The position numbers and the translations under genes were made by a program. From an archaeon (GTDB lineage Archaea; Iainarchaeota; Iainarchaeia; Iainarchaeales; Iainarchaeaceae), in the NCBI GenBank assembly GCA_038046625.1, contig JBBSVV010000029.1:10866-23505 (forward strand): a DNA stretch of 12,640 nt, given 5' to 3'. This document shows, in pieces, positions 6,490-12,640 of this stretch. The notes below the pieces were generated by a model. It worked only from the letters and a program-made list of their open reading frames with translations, searched no databases and had not been told where the DNA came from. Each line of letters starts with the position of its first letter. Positions within the stretch are counted from its first letter, which is position 1.

Positions 6490-8007
6490 TTGGAAGCGAC
6501 AATCCAGAGCCAGAGGAAAAAGGAAATAGTGGAATACTGCAACTCACTTGAACAGTTCATAGACAAGGAATCCGTTGCGCTGCTCGAAAATGAGGAGCAC
6601 TGGAAAGAAATCATTTCATCAATAGAGGGCACCGTAATCTCTTCCGAAAAGGTGAAACAGAGGCTCGCGAAGCACGATTCAAAACTTTCGGGCGTGAAGG
6701 AAGTGGTCGTGAAAAAAAGTGCCTTCACCGGCAACGCAAAGGACATTGATTCTGATTTCAGGATAATGCGCGAGTACGAGGTAACGGACCAGAGCTCGAG
6801 CGAAGGAAAAGTGAAGGATTTTCTGGATTACTTCACTGACAAGTACAATTTTTTGCACGGGTTGTTTTCAAAAAGAGCAGGGTTTGCACCCAAGGCATTC
6901 GACCGCCTGAAGGGCGTGAAACAATACGAGGAAGTGGACATCATAGGAATGGTGATGAAAAAATGGGTGAGCAAGAACGGAAACCTCACAATTGAACTCG
7001 ACAGCCCGGAGGGAAGGTTCATTGCAATAGTTTCAAAGGAAGACAATGCCCTGAACCGCGACGCCGGAAAGGTTCTTTTGGATGATGTGATTGGAATCAA
7101 GGGGAAAAAGTTTTCGGATGAAGTGCTCATAGTGAAGATGATTCTCTGGCCGGATTTGATCCAGAGGCAGCCGAAAACCGGGGAAAGGGATGTAAGCGTG
7201 ATGCTGATTTCTGACATTCACGTCGGGAGCAGGCTGTTCATGGAAAAGGAGTTCACGAATTTTTTGTCGTGGCTGAACGGAAACGCTTCATCGGAAAAAG
7301 AATTGGAGCGCATCGGAAAAATAAAGTACATGGTTATTGCGGGCGACAATGTTGATGGAGTGGGGGTTTACCCTGACCAGATAAACGAGCTCTCGATAAA
7401 GGACATTTACGGGCAGTACGAAAAGCTGGGCGAATTGATCCGCGAAATTCCCGAGCATATAGAAATATTCATGTGCCCGGGCCAGCATGACGCCGTAAGG
7501 AGGGCAGACCCGCAGCCCGCGATTCCGAAGGAGTTCATCAAAAACATTTCGGATTTGGGGAACGTGCACATGGTTGGAAGCCCGAGCTGGGTGGAGATAG
7601 AGGGATTCAAGAGCATGATTTACCACGGGGCATCACACCATGACATGTACATGGCGACAAAGCACCTGAACTCCAAGGAGCCACAGCTCGCGATGATTGA
7701 GCTGCTGCGCAGGCGCGACCTCTCAACAGGATTTGGGTTGACGCAGCCTTACGTTCCGGAAAAAAGGGATTTCATGCTCATCCGGGAGGAGCCCGATTTT
7801 TATTTTGCCGGGGACATGCACCACAAGGGGTATGCGCAGTACAAGGGATGTATGTGCGTGAATGCCGGAACGTGGCAGGAAAGGACAGACTATCAGATTA
7901 GGATGGGGCACATTCCCACGCCAGGAATCGCGATTGACATTAACCTCAAAACAAGGAAGCTGACGGAAAACAATTTTGCCGGAGGAAGTGAAGAGAATGG
8001 AGATTAA
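6490..8007 (+). CDS. polB: DNA polymerase D small (proofreading exonuclease) subunit DP1
   Basis: OB-fold region (IIGMV...VLLDDVIGIKG), then calcineurin-like motifs SDIHVGS, AGDNVDGVGVYPDQ, PGQHDA, YHG, GDMHH and NAGTWQERTDYQ. Start is TTG 6490 or GTG 6475. Confidence 0.95.
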   Translation: MEATIQSQRKKEIVEYCNSLEQFIDKESVALLENEEHWKEIISSIEGTVISSEKVKQRLAKHDSKLSGVKEVVVKKSAFTGNAKDIDSDFRIMREYEVTDQSSSEGKVKDFLDYFTDKYNFLHGLFSKRAGFAPKAFDRLKGVKQYEEVDIIGMVMKKWVSKNGNLTIELDSPEGRFIAIVSKEDNALNRDAGKVLLDDVIGIKGKKFSDEVLIVKMILWPDLIQRQPKTGERDVSVMLISDIHVGSRLFMEKEFTNFLSWLNGNASSEKELERIGKIKYMVIAGDNVDGVGVYPDQINELSIKDIYGQYEKLGELIREIPEHIEIFMCPGQHDAVRRADPQPAIPKEFIKNISDLGNVHMVGSPSWVEIEGFKSMIYHGASHHDMYMATKHLNSKEPQLAMIELLRRRDLSTGFGLTQPYVPEKRDFMLIREEPDFYFAGDMHHKGYAQYKGCMCVNAGTWQERTDYQIRMGHIPTPGIAIDINLKTRKLTENNFAGGSEENGD

Positions 8008-11000
8008 GGCCGTTCCCGCGGTAAAAAAATATTTTGATGCGCTGGAAAAAAGGGCGATGGCGCAGTATGCAATGGCGGTGCAGGCGCGCAAAAAGGGAAA
8101 GGACCTGAGCCTTGAAGTAGAATGTCCCCCCACGGTTGACCTTGCAGACAGGACAGAAAACATCATCGGGCCGCCCGGGGTAGGGAAAAGGTACAGAGAA
8201 TTGTACGCGGAATTCAAGGGCGACAGGACACGCGCAATATTCAGGCTGTTCAAGGAAATAATTGAGGGCGAGATTGGTGATATCCCGAATGAGGAAAAAA
8301 GGCTTGAGCAGGCGGTGAAAACCTGTTTGGTTCTCGTCACTGAAGGGGTTGTTGTCGCGCCGCTGGATGGCGTGCCGAAGGTTCTTATAAGCAAAAATCC
8401 GGACGGCTCGAGGTATGTCGACATTTACTTTGCAGGGCCAATAAGGGCAGCGGGAGGCACGGCAACGGTTTTCCCGCTGATTCTCGGGGATTATGCAAGG
8501 CAATTGATGGGCCTTGACAGGTACAGGCCGACAATGGATGAAATTGAGCGCTATGTCGAGGAAATCAACATTTATGATGAAATAATCACGAGGCAGTTCA
8601 AGCTCAAGGATGACGAGGTAAGGAAAATCGTCCAAGGGTGCCCGGTGTGCGTGAACGGCGAGCCGACCGAAGAGCGCGAGGTAACAACATACAAGGACCT
8701 CGGCAGGATTCCGAGCAACAGGATAAGGGGCGGAATGTGCCTCGTGATTTCGGAAGGAGTGGGCTTGAAGGCAATGAAGATAATGAGCCTCGCGAAAATG
8801 CTTGGCCTTAATTGGGACTGGCTCGAAAGCATAATCAAGGTCAGCAAGGGAAGCACGGGAAATGAAAAGGAAGTGCAGCCGAATTTCAGTTACCTTTCAA
8901 GGATTGCCGCGGGAAGGCCTATTTTCAGTTACCCCTCCGTTTACGGCGGATTCAGGCTCAGGTATGGGAGGGCGCGCAACACATGCATAATGGGAAAGGG
9001 AGTGCATCCCGCGACAATGCATATCCTTGATGATTTTGTCGCCGTGGGGACACAGGCCAAGATGGAGCGGCCGGGAAAGAGCGCGGAATTTTTTCCGGTT
9101 GATTCAATAGAGGGGCCGATAGTGAAACTGATTGGCGGCGAAGTCAGGAAAATAAGCTCGGCCGAGGAGGCATTGAAAGTGAGGGCATCCGTTGAAAAAA
9201 TCCTTTTCCTCGGGGACTGCCTCATTGCGCTCGGCGATTTCAGGAAAACCGCGCACCCGTTGATGCCCGCGGGTTATTGCGAGGAGTGGTGGAAGCTCGA
9301 GCTGCAGAAAGAGGCGAAGGGAAACATGCTCGGGGAATTCGATGTTGGCGGGTTCATGAAGGCGCCGAACCTTATTGATGAAAATACAGCGCTCGAGCTC
9401 GCGCTGCGCTTCAATGTACCCCTTCACCCGAAGTACCTGCATTATTACACCGCATTGAACAGCGAAGAAGCCGCGCACCTTGTGAAGGAGGTGAGGCGCG
9501 CACAGAAAACCTTTGAGGGCACGGAAATAACGGAGCTGCTGCTGGAGAAAAAGCCTGAAACAAAGGAAATGCTTGAAAAAATCGGGCTGCCGCACAAAGT
9601 GAAACAGGGAAAAATAGTGGTTGAAATGGATTGCGCATATTCGTTCTTCAAGACATTCGGCGGAACGAGCCAAGATGAGCCGAACACGGAAGCTGGCGTC
9701 ATTGGAATGCTTTGCGCGCTCTCCGGAATGAAAATAATGGACAAGGCAGGGACATTCATCGGGTGCAGGATGGGCAGGCCCGAAGCCGCAAAGCCGCGCA
9801 AAATGGCCGGAGACCCGCACACGCTTTTTCCAATTGGCGAGTACTCCGGAAACACGCGCTCGATAAACAAGGCCGCGGAAAAATTCCAGAACATTGAGGT
9901 GGAGATTGCGGAATTCTCCAATCCCGCGAACGGCAAGGTCGAGTGCCAGCCCTTTTCAATGGAAACCGGAAAAAGGAACATACTTTCGCGGAACCAGAAG
10001 GACAATTCCGTGAAGTTCAGCAAGAGAAAAATAAACATTGAGGAACTGCTTTTCCACGGAGCCAGGAGCCTCAACATGAACGTGCCCGTGCTCGTGAAGG
10101 GCGTGAAAGGGCTGATTAATTCCGACAAGCTGCCGGAGCCCATTGAAAAGGGTATTCTGAGGGCGCACCATGACCTGCACATTTTTCGCGACGGCACAAT
10201 AAGGTTCGAGCTCCTCAATGCGCCTTTGACGCACTTCAAGCCCGCGGAAATAGGGCTGGGAATTGAAAAGGCCCGTGAATTGGGTTACACGCACGATTTT
10301 GAGGGCCGCGAACTCGTGAGCACGGGGCAGATATGCGAGATTTTTCCGCAGGACATAATACCGAACGAAACCGCCGGAGATTTTTACCTGCGCGTGACAA
10401 AATTTGTTGATGACGAACTCGAAAGGTTTTACGGCCTCGGCAAATATTATAATTTTACTTCAAAGGACAACCTCATAGGCGAACTTTTCCTCGGGCTCGC
10501 GCCACACACTTCCGCAGGGGTAATGTGCCGCATAATAGGCTTCACCAAGGCGCGAGTGAATTTTGCGCACCCGTATTTCCATCTCGCAAAGAGGAGAAAC
10601 GCGGATGGTGACCAGGACTCCATAATGCTGCTCATGGATGTGCTCCTGAATTTCTCGCAAAAATATTTGCCTTCGTCACGCGGGGGAAGAATGGACGCGC
10701 CCCTTGTTTTCAGCATCGCAATCAACCCGACCGAGATTGACGACGAGGTTTATGACGTTGAAACCTGCCGCGAGTACCCCTTGGAGCTTTATGAGAAGAG
10801 CCTTTCCCTCAGCGAACCGGAAATAGATTCGATTCCGATAATAAAAAAGAAGCTCGGGAAAGAGGGCCAGTATACGGGCTTCGGGTACACGCACGAAACA
10901 AGCATTTTCGATGCGGGCCCGAAGAAATCCACTTACGTTGAGCTGCAGTCCATGGAGGACAAGATGAATGCGCAGGCCGCCTTGCAGGGAAAAATCAGGG

Positions 11001-11350
11001 CGGTTGACCAGAAGGACGCGCTGGAAAGGGTTCTGGCGAGCCACTTTTTGCCCGACATAATAGGAAACACGCGCTCATTCTCGAGGCAGGTGTTTCGGTG
11101 CAGCAAGTGCAACGCAAAATACAGGCGCGTTCCCTTGACCGGAAAATGCGCCAAATGCAACGAGGAAACACTTATACTCACGATTGCGCAGGGCTCGGTG
11201 CGCAAGTACCTGAACATAGCGAAAAACATGATCAGCACGTATCAGTTGAGCCCTTACCTCAAGCAGAGGATAGATTTGATTGAAAAGGAAATAGATTCGG
11301 TTTTCATGAACGAAAAGGTGCAGCAGAAAAGCCTGTTCGAGTATGTTTGA
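7997..11350 (+). CDS. polC: DNA polymerase D large (catalytic) subunit DP2, intein-free
   Basis: TEGVVVAPLDG, YFAGPIRAAGGT, GGFRLRYGRARN, RMGRPEAAKPR, EPIEKGILRA, FRDGTIRF, GLAPHTSAG, catalytic KRRNADGDQD, RGGRMDAPLV, C-terminal CSKC/CAKC Zn finger and PIP box QKSLFEYV. ATG 7997 after GGAGG/GAAGTGA overlaps the DP1 end. Confidence 0.97.
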   Translation: MEIKAVPAVKKYFDALEKRAMAQYAMAVQARKKGKDLSLEVECPPTVDLADRTENIIGPPGVGKRYRELYAEFKGDRTRAIFRLFKEIIEGEIGDIPNEEKRLEQAVKTCLVLVTEGVVVAPLDGVPKVLISKNPDGSRYVDIYFAGPIRAAGGTATVFPLILGDYARQLMGLDRYRPTMDEIERYVEEINIYDEIITRQFKLKDDEVRKIVQGCPVCVNGEPTEEREVTTYKDLGRIPSNRIRGGMCLVISEGVGLKAMKIMSLAKMLGLNWDWLESIIKVSKGSTGNEKEVQPNFSYLSRIAAGRPIFSYPSVYGGFRLRYGRARNTCIMGKGVHPATMHILDDFVAVGTQAKMERPGKSAEFFPVDSIEGPIVKLIGGEVRKISSAEEALKVRASVEKILFLGDCLIALGDFRKTAHPLMPAGYCEEWWKLELQKEAKGNMLGEFDVGGFMKAPNLIDENTALELALRFNVPLHPKYLHYYTALNSEEAAHLVKEVRRAQKTFEGTEITELLLEKKPETKEMLEKIGLPHKVKQGKIVVEMDCAYSFFKTFGGTSQDEPNTEAGVIGMLCALSGMKIMDKAGTFIGCRMGRPEAAKPRKMAGDPHTLFPIGEYSGNTRSINKAAEKFQNIEVEIAEFSNPANGKVECQPFSMETGKRNILSRNQKDNSVKFSKRKINIEELLFHGARSLNMNVPVLVKGVKGLINSDKLPEPIEKGILRAHHDLHIFRDGTIRFELLNAPLTHFKPAEIGLGIEKARELGYTHDFEGRELVSTGQICEIFPQDIIPNETAGDFYLRVTKFVDDELERFYGLGKYYNFTSKDNLIGELFLGLAPHTSAGVMCRIIGFTKARVNFAHPYFHLAKRRNADGDQDSIMLLMDVLLNFSQKYLPSSRGGRMDAPLVFSIAINPTEIDDEVYDVETCREYPLELYEKSLSLSEPEIDSIPIIKKKLGKEGQYTGFGYTHETSIFDAGPKKSTYVELQSMEDKMNAQAALQGKIRAVDQKDALERVLASHFLPDIIGNTRSFSRQVFRCSKCNAKYRRVPLTGKCAKCNEETLILTIAQGSVRKYLNIAKNMISTYQLSPYLKQRIDLIEKEIDSVFMNEKVQQKSLFEYV

Positions 11351-11372
11351 ACATTCGTGTTACTAATAGGAT

Positions 11373-12146
11373 TCAGCTCGCGTAGAAGAACCAGAGCACC
11401 ACTATTATTGCGAGAACCGCAAGAGCCATGACAATCGGATTCATACCGAACAATTTCTCCGAAGCATTGGTTCCGACAGCGTGCCCATTTTTCCAGCGCT
11501 GTTCTTTTTCCGGGGAACCGAACAGCCCTGAGATAGTTTCGGAAAAAAAGTTTTGCCAGCCTTGTAGCGTGGAAAAATCGCTTATTGCTTCCGCAAAAAC
11601 CTCTGAGGGCTTTGGCCTGCGCTCCGGAATTTCCCGCCCGTTCAGGATTTCACCGCTCAGGGCATTCAGCATTACTGTTTTTGTTTCCTCGTCAAGCGAC
11701 ACATTAATGTGGAAGAAAGGGATGTAAAGCATTTCAAGGCCGGCGAGCATTACGTTTTGCTTCGGGGTTTTTTCCAGCGAAGCGATTTTCAGGAGAATGA
11801 AGTCCTTCGCCTCCTTTCCTGAAAGCATTGGCTTCACGACCTCAACCTCGTAGCCCGTTGAGGCTTGGGTTTCGCGCGCCGAAGAGTTATGGTCCATTGA
11901 TTCGAGGGTTTCGTCGAATTCCCTTGAAAAAGCGTTGAGGGCCTTTTTGCCGCTTGAGAGGTGCTCGGGCTTTCCGCTTGCCTCTGAAAAAATGTCGTAA
12001 GAAAAAAACCAGAACGGAACGTAAACGAGTTTTGAGGAAGAAAAAGAGTAATTTTTCCATCCTTTTTGTGCCAAAAGAGCGGCAACCTTTTCCTGAGCCT
12101 CGCTCAACACAAGCGCAACGGGAAAAGTTGCCTTCTCAAGGAACAT
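11373..12146 (-). CDS. Hypothetical protein with two tandem LxYxPF(W)...LNA.S.E repeats and a C-terminal TM anchor
   Basis: 257 aa ORF starting 9 nt after the sepF stop and filling the gap to DP2. It has an internal duplication and a hydrophobic C-terminus PIVMALAVLAIIVVLWFFY. Confidence 0.8.
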   Translation of the reverse strand: MFLEKATFPVALVLSEAQEKVAALLAQKGWKNYSFSSSKLVYVPFWFFSYDIFSEASGKPEHLSSGKKALNAFSREFDETLESMDHNSSARETQASTGYEVEVVKPMLSGKEAKDFILLKIASLEKTPKQNVMLAGLEMLYIPFFHINVSLDEETKTVMLNALSGEILNGREIPERRPKPSEVFAEAISDFSTLQGWQNFFSETISGLFGSPEKEQRWKNGHAVGTNASEKLFGMNPIVMALAVLAIIVVLWFFYAS

Positions 12147-12155
12147 TTAATACTC

Positions 12156-12515
12156 TCACTGTGCGTCTCTTCTCTTGATTATTTTTACCTTGCTTGGAGT
12201 AACAATGACACGGTCCTGCGAAATCCTCGCAATGTCGCCGTCGATTGACTCGATGCCGCTCCTTATGCTGTTTATTATGTCCCTGAGCTTTATCGCGTTC
12301 CTTTTTGAAAGGTCCGCAATGTTCAGGAGAAGGATGTTGCCCTTCTTAGCCTCCTCAATTACGGTTTTGACATCCGCATCGGTCTGAAGGCTAATCGGCT
12401 TCACAAATGCATCCGCATCCTCATAAGGATCTTCCGGCTCCTTGTCAAGGTTGTTGAGGAAATCCTCAATGTCTATCTCTTCTTTTTTTCCAATCAGCTT
12501 TTCCATAAAAGCCAT
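12156..12515 (-). CDS. sepF: Cell division protein SepF (archaeal type)
   Basis: N-terminal amphipathic MAFMEKLIG, an acidic linker, and core with GNILLLNI, IDGDIARI and VIVTPSKVKI. SD GGGGTGA upstream. Confidence 0.9.
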   Translation of the reverse strand: MAFMEKLIGKKEEIDIEDFLNNLDKEPEDPYEDADAFVKPISLQTDADVKTVIEEAKKGNILLLNIADLSKRNAIKLRDIINSIRSGIESIDGDIARISQDRVIVTPSKVKIIKRRDAQ

Positions 12516-12570
12516 TGATTAATCACCCCTTAGAAAAAAAATCGATTAATTATAATTGATGCCAAAACCT

Positions 12571-12590
12571 ATATTAAATACTATTGGTGG
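12571..12590 (-). promoter_or_regulatory. Putative BRE/TATA promoter of the sepF operon
   Basis: Minus strand reads CCACCAATAG-TATTTAATAT, about 55 nt upstream of the sepF ATG, in an AT-rich intergenic region. Confidence 0.45.
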
Positions 12591-12640
12591 AATTTAGCCA
12601 ATAAACTCTACATAAACAGCCCTTTTGAGCCCTTGGCCCC

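Noticed and set aside
7997..11350. Intein in DP2
   Set aside because: The length (about 1117 aa) and contiguous RRN-ADGD motif leave no room, and no splicing or LAGLIDADG motifs are visible.
11373..11450. C-terminal TM of the hypothetical protein as the archaeosortase substrate
   Set aside because: No N-terminal signal peptide, no basic tail after the TM helix and no recognisable sorting tripeptide.
94..12387. Many alternative-frame and antisense ORFs (e.g. 706-1320, 1458-2051, 7723-8424, 7946-8635, 9104-9820, 9445-10239)
   Set aside because: All lie within well-supported genes and have no recognisable motifs; they are typical shadow ORFs.
12601..12640. Short direct repeats ATAAAC x2 and AGCCCTT x2 at the window end
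   Set aside because: Too short and irregular for CRISPR or iterons, and truncated by the window edge.

Overview
Archaeal housekeeping region with no mobile element, CRISPR array, rRNA or tRNA that I can support. The compact layout and divergent proteins suggest a DPANN-type lineage, which is inference only. Gene order: 3' end of rps15, rps3ae, DUF92 membrane protein, carS and a minimal archaeosortase (all +), converging on secF-secD (-). A divergent Nog1-type GTPase follows, then UPF0147 and the DNA polymerase D DP1 and DP2 subunits (+), converging on a tail-anchored hypothetical protein and sepF (-). The best candidate for an undescribed system is the DUF92/CarS/archaeosortase cluster overlapping secDF, a possible export-and-lipid-anchor module. 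Other notable signals are residue-level: paired loss of TM4 aspartates in SecD and SecF, two changed metal ligands in the DP1 exonuclease, and loss of DP2's internal Zn fingers and intein-site Cys. There is also a possible uORF before the PolD operon and a candidate division protein downstream of sepF. Family calls come from motif recognition from memory; no searches were run.
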